The notes below the pieces were generated by a model, which saw only the letters and a list, made by a program, of their open reading frames with translations, did no database searches and had not been told where the DNA came from. From IMG/VR virus record IMGVR_UViG_3300036770_003657, positions 1-64,000 of that record: DNA of 64,000 bases; one strand, 5' to 3'. Made by a program: the position numbers and the translations under genes. Positions 55,801 through 64,000 of the stretch are shown here, piece by piece; the first letter of the stretch is position 1, and every line of letters begins with the position of its first letter.

Positions 55801-58800
55801 ACTTACAATGATTGAAACTTGATCTGCTGGGGGATTTTTGAAAGTTATTGTAGCATAATAACTTGTATATTTTCTACTTTGACTAGTTTTCTTTTCTACT
55901 GTATATTCTGTTAAAAATAATTCTGCGTTATTGATGAATACTGTAAAGGTGTCACGATCAAGTATTGGACTATATCTTAAGTCGAAACTAGTAGTAGTAC
56001 CATCTCCTATGAACTGATCATTTACTGATAGGTTTAATAAATTATCAATACTTTCCTTAGTATATCTATCAAATTTTATACTTAATTGATTGCTTCGAAT
56101 AGGGCTATTCCCTAATATTGCAATAAGTTTTGCTTCACGACCAGTTTCTATATATTGGCCTTTAATTCTTATAGATGGTGCATTAAAATACCCTTCGCCT
56201 TGATCTATGATATCAACTTTTGCTACTCTACCTCTGCTGATATAAATTTTAATTCTTGCTGGTCTTGTACATTCACCGACTATTTCTATAGTGGGTTGAA
56301 GTAAATACCCGTCTCCACTATCTACAATTACAATATCTTTTACATTAAATCCAAGATTATCTTTCCAAGCACGCCAAGGATATTGATTAGCTAAATCTGG
56401 ATTGTTGATATAAACATCTTTATTAGAAAATTGAGTTATAAATGAAACACTTGTTCCATCATTTTTAATATAAGGTTGAAGATCAAAATCAGTTATCAAA
56501 CTATTACTATTTTCTAAATTATTATAGACACTGACATATTCTCTTATTTTGGTTCTATATGGTTTAACTTCTTTTATGTAACTTTCATAGTCTTCTAAAT
56601 TGTCATTATTAAAATTAGCTTTTTGACGCAATGGTCCAACATTATGTAAAACTTTAACAAAACTTGTTTTGAATACCCAATCAACAAATGGCTGCTCGTA
56701 TAATATGTGTCTTATGTTAGAGAAAAATAAGTTAAGATAAATGCTTCTTCTATCATCTATTAGAATTTTATTCTTCAATGCATTTAAAATTATTCGGAAT
56801 TCAATACTACCAATTCTATCATAAAGATCACTATCATATAACAATCCATCATAGCCTTGTTCATTAATTCTAAAATTATAAAAGTTTGAACTTAATTGTA
56901 TAGCACCATTTTTTCTTGCTACAATTTTGTAGATTTTAGTATAGTCTAGAGCAATATCGTCACTAATTTTTTCGGCTAATACCCAATCATCTGTGCCTAA
57001 AACATTTTCTACTTTTACAATACTACCTATATCTGCTTTTAATAAAATTAATTCATTAAATCCTTTGACAAGATAGTCTACTTTAGTAAATTGACTGTAA
57101 CCTTCACTATACCAATCTATAAAATACCAATAATCTGTAACATCGTATTCTTTAGTTTTAACCTTTGTCCATTCAAAATTTACAAAATGATATATGGACC
57201 AGTTTCCTAATGTAAGCCTATCACTTCTAACTAATACGCTTAAAGGTCTTACAATTAATTCTGTATTATCAATATATCCGTACCCACTTGATACAACAAA
57301 AACATTGCTAATAGATCCTTGTGAATTTATAGTGGTTTTAATTACTGCATCAACCCCATTACCTTTTACCATAACTGTAGGTGCTGATTTATAACCAAAT
57401 CCTGAATTAACAATATTAATACCTGTAATTTTACCGTTGCTAATAATCGGTGTTAATGTTGCTTGTTTAAAGGTATCAACTATGACAAACCTAAGTTCAT
57501 CATAACTATCTTTAATTATATCATATAATCCATCACTAAATTTAGGTATTTCATCTTTTAAGTATAGCTCACTTAGATCAATATTATCAACTTGAATAGA
57601 CTTAAATTCATAATTAAATCTTTCTATAAAGATTTTAACTGCTTCTAGTCTATTAAAGAACATGGTTTGATTAGGGTTATTTTCTATACCATATCTCAAT
57701 TTAGGTGGAAGTCCTATGTTAGGTAAAGATATACCATTCTTATCATTTCCTATTAGGCTATCAAACCATTTTTCTTCAATATTTTTTGGTATTACTGTTT
57801 TTTCATTATCTGATACAATTTTCCATTCATTATGAATAGCTAAATTTGTCGGATCTTCAGTCCAATATTGAACACTTAGTATAACATTTTTATTATCAGT
57901 CAATGGTTTTACATTGGATAAGCTCACGGCATTTTTGTCTAAAAAGCTAATATATTTTATATTAAAGTTTTTAGGATTTTCTATTAAACTAGCCACATCA
58001 ATAGCACTAAATTTTCTATTTTGACTTGTTGGTGCTAATTTTTTATTTTTTACCCAGAAATAATATGTAGAAATAGATTTATTACTTAAGGTATCGTATG
58101 TAATTTTAACACTGTATACATTATCCCCATATAAGCTTTGACCACTAATGCCTTCAGCTAATCCTTCTACAGTATCAGCTAATTCATCCCATATACTAGG
58201 TAGTACGCTTGATTCTACCCATTCGTAGATATCTATGCTGGCTGTTGGGAATAATGTGTTCCAAACACTGTTATTATATACTATATCACCTATGCTGCTA
58301 TCTAAGAACTTAGCACGTCTTAAGTCCCACCATAATACGCCCACATAGTTGTCAGTCCAAGATAATCCTTGATCAACATTTACACTGGTTGTAAATGTAG
58401 AATCTTTATAACTGTAGGTAGCAGGATCATAATATAATTTAAATTTAATGTCTTGTTCTGCTGATCCACATATCTTACCCTGTGTTGGATCTACTATATC
58501 TAAATAAGTTAATAGACTATTGTTAGCTCTTGTATATAAAAATATCTTTTTAAATAAAGTTAAATCAATTTTATCTTTTTCTTCAATAAACAACTGCCAA
58601 CTATAGGTATTACGCTTTTTTTCCTGTAGATATACTATACCTTCTTTTTTACCATCACTATTAGTATAGCTTGGATCACCTATAATTATTAGGTTATCTG
58701 CTACAGCCATTGAATTTGGTGCAGTTAATACTGTATTACTAGCAGGCAAAGACTCACTGAATATGAATTTAGTTTCATATCTATCATAAACATCAATACG

Positions 58801-61800
58801 ACCAACATCCGCTGTAGTATTAGCGTCAGTTATAATACCAGTACTATCATCAAGAGTAAGTGCATCACCTTTTTTACTATAAATTATTAAAGTTTTTGGA
58901 TCTCTGTTTAAGTCATCGTTAGCAAAAAATACATTGTGACCAAATTCTTCATTAGTTTCAGCATTACGATTTTCTATAGTTTGCTGTAACGCATATTGAC
59001 TAGTTACATACTTATATATTCTAACACGGCCTTGGTTTGTAAATGGTTCATCTTCTAGTGTACTTCCAATAGCAAGATAATTTCCATTAATGCTGATACA
59101 AGTACTATGTCCAAATCTTTGAGAGTTTACTGCTGTAATAGTTTGTTGTATAGTCGTATAATTGTTTGATGCGCTATATACATATACTTCACCATTAACT
59201 TTAGCAGGATCACTAATAACTATTTTTGATCCATCATCATTAACATCGTAATCATAGGCGAATTCACTAGAATCTTCCTTTTCAATTAATGTCCAACTAC
59301 TAATATTAGGAAAGTTAAAAACAAATAACCCAGTACCAATTTTATTAGCATAAAATTTATATGTAACTAAGTTAGGATTAGGATTATCTATTCTACTAAA
59401 TTTAAATTTTGTACCAAAATCTTGATCAAATCCTTGTGGATTATCAATTATAACTTCTAATGAATAGTCTTGACTAAGTTTTAAGTTTGTTATATAGTGT
59501 GTTCCAGATACAGTTTGTCCTAATTGTACAACATCTTCTAACTCAACGTCTCTACATAATCTAAAACTATCTGAATCAATAACTTTTACATAATATTCCT
59601 CATTATTTTCTAACCCTTTAATCGTAGTATCTGTTGTACTATATTTTATTAAAGCACCATCCAATAATAAATGTGATTCTATAATAATTTTATTCTGTAG
59701 ATGACTTAATCTATTACCGGTTACTAGAGTGAAATTACTACTAAAAGTTAAAGTTTTTTGCGGTACTGAATAAATTAATACACTCTTTTGCCAATTTGAG
59801 TTATCGCTAGTTCTAGTTATCCCACTAATTGCCAAATATCTAGCATCATCACTTATGGCTAGAATATCTCCAAAATTAAATGTATTTTGTCGAGCAGGGA
59901 TTACTTGTTTCTTACTCCATTGATTACTTAGATATGGTTTATCATAAACAACGATTTCATTATTAGAAATATTAGTTTGTATCCAATCACCTAATAATAT
60001 AAATGAAAGACCGTCAGTATCACCATCTTCAGTATCTATTTCAGTATCATCTAAATTTACTAATTTAAATAAATTAGTTCCGTATAATTCACTTACTTTG
60101 TAAATTTTTCCATCTTCATAATCTAAAATTCTACCAGTTACTTCTGAATTAACAGCACCTATTACTTGTATAAGACTTCCTTCATATACATAATCATCGT
60201 TGGCACAACTGAATATACCATTATCTGGACTAGCTTCAATGTTAACATTACTCAAAGTTTTAGTTGGATTAAATAGTACCTGTGTTGAACTAGATTTAAA
60301 ACAACGCCAAAATAACTGATCTTGAAATACTACATCATTTAAATTATAAGTTATGTTACTGGTCCAAGTACCTTTCCATTGTTCACCGTTACTGGATTTA
60401 GCCAAAAGAATTGTACTATCTTTATTAACACTTACTCTACTACCTAATTCTGGTATAGAATTCAAACTTAAATTTTTTAATGTTTTTTGTTGGTAAACTT
60501 TATAGTTTTTCCAAATAGACTTTTTATCCCCGTTAAACCATACTAGTTCACCATAAGGCCAATTGTTTGATGCTAGGTTTAAATATTTTGGAATAACAAA
60601 ATCATCAATACTATTAAATCTTTGTAGAGTAAACACAAAGGTTTCGATTGTTGACTGATCTAAATTATTATAATTAAATCCAGAAGGTAAATCAATAGTA
60701 ATAGTTTTAGCAACACTGTCAGTGTCAATAATTTCAAAAAATTGATTAAACTTATTGTAATCACTGGTAAAACCAACTAAGTCACCTATATTAAAATTAT
60801 ACAATAAATCAAATTCAATTACTAGTGTAGTGCCAGTTGGCTCAATTACCGTAGCAGTTGAATATAATTTATTATACCTATAGATACACCAGTCATCTTC
60901 AAATTGATTTATTTTCTTTTCAAATCCACACCAAATATAATCACCAGGTATTAAATCACTGATTGATAATGTTTCATTAACTTGTTCAAGTAATATATCA
61001 CTTAAGTCATCTATAATTAGTTTAGCAAATTCTATTTTACTGAACCCAGGTGTTTTTAGTAATGGTTCATAATTATTGTTTACTGGCCAAATATTATTAC
61101 TATATTGATTAGGTTTTAAGAATATGTCATTTGGAGTTTGTCTTATTACAAAGTCTACTTTATTTGGGTCTACAATGTCAACTAGTTCAATAGCCTGTGG
61201 CTCTAGCTTAAAAAGACTTTCATCTAAAATAAATTCCACTTCTTCAAATGCATCTATAGCACCATATCTTCCTACTCTAAGAGCCCATTCTTCTAAGAAT
61301 GTCAAACTATTGCCATCTTCGGGACCTAATACATCAAATAACTTACTAAGGCTATTTCTAGTACCTTTTTCAGTGATCATACCTTGATAAAACTTAAACT
61401 CACTGACATCATTTTTTATAATGTTACTTAAATACTGACGTTTTTGATACCCTATAAGATGTTGTGCTATACGTTGTTGGTCATAGTCAAAATTATCACT
61501 GTCTAGATCATAAAAATCTAAAAATTGTAAACTTTTATAGTCCCAATTTGGTATTAATTTAGATTCAGGAGTTTCATTTATTCTAACCCAGTCATTTATA
61601 TCAAAGGATTCATTACCTGGGATCTTTTTACTGGCAGTATAGTAAAATTCTTTATATTTTACAATGTCACCTATAGCATAATCAACCCATGGTGTCCATT
61701 CCTGTAAATTAGCAGTGTCATATACGAATCCTGGACTATATAAACTTCCGTCCCAATCTATAGTTTTATATCCGTAAACTTTAATTCTTTCCTGTCTATA

Positions 61801-63999
61801 ACCAGTTGGAGTATTGTATATAACGTCATTAAATTGAGTTAAGTTGTCTATGACAACAACATGTTCTTTTTGTATTAAGTAACAGCCAAAACCATATATA
61901 CCTACATCTAAATTTTTAGGTTTAATTATAAAATTATTACCATCTCTGTAATAATTAAGATCTCCTGCTCTATATTTTAAGCCGTCAGCTCTAAAAATTT
62001 CATATTCAAAAAAGTCAGTGATCTCATCAACTACGTTATATTTGTTTTTAAGCTCTATGGCTAATGCTGCTGGACTTAAGCTTATAGCACTAGCTCCTTC
62101 AGTATTGATATTATCGATAGGTGTATAATAACTTGGGTCAAATACTGATGATGTAACATGCTCTATTTTAGTTTGATAAAAATTTCTATTATAAAAAACT
62201 AAATCACCTACTTTATAATTAGTAAGTTCTTCCCATTCATCATATACATCACGGCCAGAACTCCAGTTTTGTGTTATCCAAAATAAAAATTCTTTAGTAC
62301 TTGTTAACCAGTTAGCTACATTTTTAAGTTCAGGAATATAAGTATCAAAAATAAAGCCTTGACTTTTTAGGTATTCACCGTAACCTAATAGAAAATCTAC
62401 TACTTCTTGTACATTGTAAATTATAGTTCCATAATTTAACACTAGTGGAATAGGATCAAAAATACTTCTAATATTGGCATCAACACCTCCTACAATAGGC
62501 AATTTTGGCAATTTTTGCAGATAATCATAATCTGGATTTGTTGAGCTAGTATGACTAATTTTTACTCTATAATAAAATTCATTTATTTTAACAATATTTC
62601 CTGCAATATATCGTTGATTGCTATCCCAAATAATGTAACTTTCACTAATACCACCTACATTTATATCATAACCAGGTTTAGACCAAGGATAATAGTAAAA
62701 ATATGGTTGACTAACACTATAACCTTTTATTTCATAGCCTACCCCATATCTAGTTCTAATTTTAGTAATAATAACACCACTATAGAATAATTTTTTAGTA
62801 GGTGAACTAGTATTTAGAAAAATTTTATAATTTTCATTAGGTACAAAAACACTGGTTGTAGATTTAATATTTCTACTGTCTAAAATTAAATTATATTTTT
62901 CTTTACTACTATATCCACTTAACCTATGACTAATTTTATTAGTTAAATTTTTTAAATTATTTGCGTATTCTGTTAAAAATTGATTTTTATTGTTTACCAA
63001 ATAGTCTACAATATAATTAACTAGGCCGCTGGTTTGAGTTCTTTGTTGAGTTGATCCAGTATTTGGTAGCAATATATCCTTTAGCCTAATGCGTAATCCT
63101 GTATCTTTATATACATTTTGTGCTGCTGAATTTTTTACTATTCTTGATCTGTCATAGTACAGGCTAAAAACCTTGTTAGGAGTCATTAGTATTATTGTTT
63201 TTAACAAACTAAATGGATAATAACTACTACGTCGCCAAGCACTTTCCACTGGACTAATATCACCGAATACATAATTCTTTTCTAATCTAGTATTAAACAA
63301 TCCAGTAGCCAAATTAGCCTGTATAGGATCTAACAAATTGCCATTACTATCTACAGGAATATTATTTAAAACAGGTTTAACAAATCGTTCGTTAACTCTT
63401 ATCCCTTTGTTTGGTTCACGAATAATACCATCTCTTAGGTCATTCCATAATACGTAATTGTCACTGGTATATGGAGCAGGGCCATACACTTCTTTCCACC
63501 ATATAGGCTCCATACTAAAACCTAAACTTTCCCAAGGACAGATATGTATACGATCTGTATCATAATACCATTTATAAACACCTCTCCAAAATCCTGGTAA
63601 AGTGACTAAATCAAAACTTTGTACCTCACTGTAGTTATAGGTAAATGGATTACTTTGTAGATATAATTCCTGTTTAGTATAATCCTGATCAATTAGAGTT
63701 GTCCATTTAAAGAAACTTGTTGATAATATTCTATTAAATTCCTCTTTATTGTATAAACTGGGTCTATTAGATCCTTCTATATAATCGTATATGTCTATTA
63801 GCGTAGGATCGTAATTAATTTTAATATTATTAAAGATTCTTTTTTCAAACTCTAATATTATATCATCTCTAAAGTCGTCAAAAGCTAGTACAATACTACC
63901 ATCATGTCCTTGAATTACTGTACGTGGTTCTAAAAAAGTATCATCTACATACTTTTTTGGTTCGTATTTTGGATAAAGTCCTAAACTGGTAGGTGTAGG
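52843..63999 (-). CDS. Giant virion structural protein (baseplate wedge/tail-associated), 5'-truncated, >3718 aa
   Basis: Frame stays open from 63513 to the window edge ([14 protein letters not shown]...); W...Y..GD.V.Y repeats, FG-GAP-like propeller motifs, G.GY...P.I repeats. Confidence 0.8.
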   Translation of the reverse strand, partial: PTPTSLGLYPKYEPKKYVDDTFLEPRTVIQGHDGSIVLAFDDFRDDIILEFEKRIFNNIKINYDPTLIDIYDYIEGSNRPSLYNKEEFNRILSTSFFKWTTLIDQDYTKQELYLQSNPFTYNYSEVQSFDLVTLPGFWRGVYKWYYDTDRIHICPWESLGFSMEPIWWKEVYGPAPYTSDNYVLWNDLRDGIIREPNKGIRVNERFVKPVLNNIPVDSNGNLLDPIQANLATGLFNTRLEKNYVFGDISPVESAWRRSSYYPFSLLKTIILMTPNKVFSLYYDRSRIVKNSAAQNVYKDTGLRIRLKDILLPNTGSTQQRTQTSGLVNYIVDYLVNNKNQFLTEYANNLKNLTNKISHRLSGYSSKEKYNLILDSRNIKSTTSVFVPNENYKIFLNTSSPTKKLFYSGVIITKIRTRYGVGYEIKGYSVSQPYFYYYPWSKPGYDINVGGISESYIIWDSNQRYIAGNIVKINEFYYRVKISHTSSTNPDYDYLQKLPKLPIVGGVDANIRSIFDPIPLVLNYGTIIYNVQEVVDFLLGYGEYLKSQGFIFDTYIPELKNVANWLTSTKEFLFWITQNWSSGRDVYDEWEELTNYKVGDLVFYNRNFYQTKIEHVTSSVFDPSYYTPIDNINTEGASAISLSPAALAIELKNKYNVVDEITDFFEYEIFRADGLKYRAGDLNYYRDGNNFIIKPKNLDVGIYGFGCYLIQKEHVVVIDNLTQFNDVIYNTPTGYRQERIKVYGYKTIDWDGSLYSPGFVYDTANLQEWTPWVDYAIGDIVKYKEFYYTASKKIPGNESFDINDWVRINETPESKLIPNWDYKSLQFLDFYDLDSDNFDYDQQRIAQHLIGYQKRQYLSNIIKNDVSEFKFYQGMITEKGTRNSLSKLFDVLGPEDGNSLTFLEEWALRVGRYGAIDAFEEVEFILDESLFKLEPQAIELVDIVDPNKVDFVIRQTPNDIFLKPNQYSNNIWPVNNNYEPLLKTPGFSKIEFAKLIIDDLSDILLEQVNETLSISDLIPGDYIWCGFEKKINQFEDDWCIYRYNKLYSTATVIEPTGTTLVIEFDLLYNFNIGDLVGFTSDYNKFNQFFEIIDTDSVAKTITIDLPSGFNYNNLDQSTIETFVFTLQRFNSIDDFVIPKYLNLASNNWPYGELVWFNGDKKSIWKNYKVYQQKTLKNLSLNSIPELGSRVSVNKDSTILLAKSSNGEQWKGTWTSNITYNLNDVVFQDQLFWRCFKSSSTQVLFNPTKTLSNVNIEASPDNGIFSCANDDYVYEGSLIQVIGAVNSEVTGRILDYEDGKIYKVSELYGTNLFKLVNLDDTEIDTEDGDTDGLSFILLGDWIQTNISNNEIVVYDKPYLSNQWSKKQVIPARQNTFNFGDILAISDDARYLAISGITRTSDNSNWQKSVLIYSVPQKTLTFSSNFTLVTGNRLSHLQNKIIIESHLLLDGALIKYSTTDTTIKGLENNEEYYVKVIDSDSFRLCRDVELEDVVQLGQTVSGTHYITNLKLSQDYSLEVIIDNPQGFDQDFGTKFKFSRIDNPNPNLVTYKFYANKIGTGLFVFNFPNISSWTLIEKEDSSEFAYDYDVNDDGSKIVISDPAKVNGEVYVYSASNNYTTIQQTITAVNSQRFGHSTCISINGNYLAIGSTLEDEPFTNQGRVRIYKYVTSQYALQQTIENRNAETNEEFGHNVFFANDDLNRDPKTLIIYSKKGDALTLDDSTGIITDANTTADVGRIDVYDRYETKFIFSESLPASNTVLTAPNSMAVADNLIIIGDPSYTNSDGKKEGIVYLQEKKRNTYSWQLFIEEKDKIDLTLFKKIFLYTRANNSLLTYLDIVDPTQGKICGSAEQDIKFKLYYDPATYSYKDSTFTTSVNVDQGLSWTDNYVGVLWWDLRRAKFLDSSIGDIVYNNSVWNTLFPTASIDIYEWVESSVLPSIWDELADTVEGLAEGISGQSLYGDNVYSVKITYDTLSNKSISTYYFWVKNKKLAPTSQNRKFSAIDVASLIENPKNFNIKYISFLDKNAVSLSNVKPLTDNKNVILSVQYWTEDPTNLAIHNEWKIVSDNEKTVIPKNIEEKWFDSLIGNDKNGISLPNIGLPPKLRYGIENNPNQTMFFNRLEAVKIFIERFNYEFKSIQVDNIDLSELYLKDEIPKFSDGLYDIIKDSYDELRFVIVDTFKQATLTPIISNGKITGINIVNSGFGYKSAPTVMVKGNGVDAVIKTTINSQGSISNVFVVSSGYGYIDNTELIVRPLSVLVRSDRLTLGNWSIYHFVNFEWTKVKTKEYDVTDYWYFIDWYSEGYSQFTKVDYLVKGFNELILLKADIGSIVKVENVLGTDDWVLAEKISDDIALDYTKIYKIVARKNGAIQLSSNFYNFRINEQGYDGLLYDSDLYDRIGSIEFRIILNALKNKILIDDRRSIYLNLFFSNIRHILYEQPFVDWVFKTSFVKVLHNVGPLRQKANFNNDNLEDYESYIKEVKPYRTKIREYVSVYNNLENSNSLITDFDLQPYIKNDGTSVSFITQFSNKDVYINNPDLANQYPWRAWKDNLGFNVKDIVIVDSGDGYLLQPTIEIVGECTRPARIKIYISRGRVAKVDIIDQGEGYFNAPSIRIKGQYIETGREAKLIAILGNSPIRSNQLSIKFDRYTKESIDNLLNLSVNDQFIGDGTTTSFDLRYSPILDRDTFTVFINNAELFLTEYTVEKKTSQSRKYTSYYATITFKNPPADQVSIIVSYDKDFNNLNALERIKYFYKPTSGMLGIDFDQLMIGIDYGGVSVTGIGFDKPNLWDGAYSWGSRNWDAGEPTDDELYDTIIDGGNLPKLNPIYRTASGLRADDIIIDGDNFITPTTSPAPEEMLPGHVYDTLAIKVFERNTTVTSEVFCERFITDGSSKDYTITNYPNNDKAIIVKLNERLLSIDDYYFDYNNLTITLFETPEENQDLSVIGLGFNGLDMIETNSFVVEEDSEIIILDIDHQPNVRVFTVVAGRVLTNIPFKTYGSWQNTVFYKIGDEIVYQNTLFKSLVNSNRNNLPFVLDIADNTQIPNEKYWEKVQDNVDAYIKVGKIGIKFPEVVKQGDILVFSVFLSSDVSQSILTREIIISNGTSTIFNLQNFVGYKIPLGVSTIVRVGDDILNSVDQFKFTLTNRRTQYPIPLNKNDLDVYSSTDYEVFIDGIKVPDAIAYTLNLLDGVITIKPNYYRENALVLVTIVKFAEYFIDNTLGYSRIRFRVPFPAGTRIEVIAMTNHDLLGINRTYLDIENNNTLLLENAYYPILIQASGGVFYLDQEIKNSNYVWVTKNKKLLVPLTDYILQEDKKSIKLVDEPNGDDKIGIITFVSNIERTPVSFMLFKDMLNDYTYKRLSRNRTTRLIQNLTSTDKEVIIEQSNRVAFPIKESNLPGIVYINGERIEYYTRIGNRLMDLRRGTLGTGVPLVHSVGTEVNDIGFDENIPYEDVIITYNWSGEWQPAIRYFKNDVVSYNNTNWLSVNGVNYDLWDSQIIYKLNQQVVYNNKLYTSIKTVDGVIKNINQQPDLETDWWQETLSNVTDHPSANNPNWEQTDFGSVNDSGNIEIIVVPWLPVVRSNSITNNFDKNVLDTEIFIGTTRLKKYEYTIHNAEIHPHSPEGDVNYAADFITDGVDHGTTNGRPVAFIKLDKSIPVNTRITVVRKQGTVWSDIGKSLAESNNKVSEFLKIQVAEIRGTQTTLDSTSYSVDLDKLKTDEE

Positions 64000-64000
64000 T

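Overview
A 64-kb segment of a large lytic dsDNA tailed phage with T4-like gene content: gp41-type helicase, primase, UvsW, a gp62-like clamp-loader subunit, TAAATA late-promoter motifs and gp9/10-like baseplate N-termini. A proteobacterial host is inferred from hemB, hemF and kdsA. (1) 1-8 kb: small + strand ORFs, including a 6-member 'MNxRIxEL..EKFAELIVxEC..HFGxE' family, an HTH gene and four tandem HTKG/GNxWW paralogs. (2) 9.0-10.5 kb: a mostly non-coding, repeat-rich control region with three separate motif families (possible origin or terminus). (3) 10.3-21.4 kb: an array of short gene cassettes headed by 16 copies of a 43-bp element. Each copy is a consensus sigma70 promoter whose -35 lies inside a 7-13-7 inverted repeat, and 12 copies also contain the previous gene's stop codon. 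Cassette genes use a GGAGC(GAA) ribosome-binding site. A twin hairpin in the 3' UTR of the array's AAA ATPase shows the exact antisense of that site (ATTCGCTCC) in both loops, making it a candidate regulon-wide anti-Shine-Dalgarno RNA. The array holds 3 tRNAs and is flanked by hemB and hemF. (4) 22-26 kb: a class III nucleotidyl cyclase among membrane proteins. (5) 26-36 kb: replication genes, a 192-aa DnaE-like mini-polymerase and a half carbamoyltransferase. (6) 36-41.6 kb: a kdsA, glycosyltransferase and methyltransferase cluster. (7) 41.6-64 kb: tail/baseplate genes, a subtilisin protease, a collagen-like fibre and a >3700-aa virion protein running off the window. All functional calls come from motif recognition by eye; no database searches were run.
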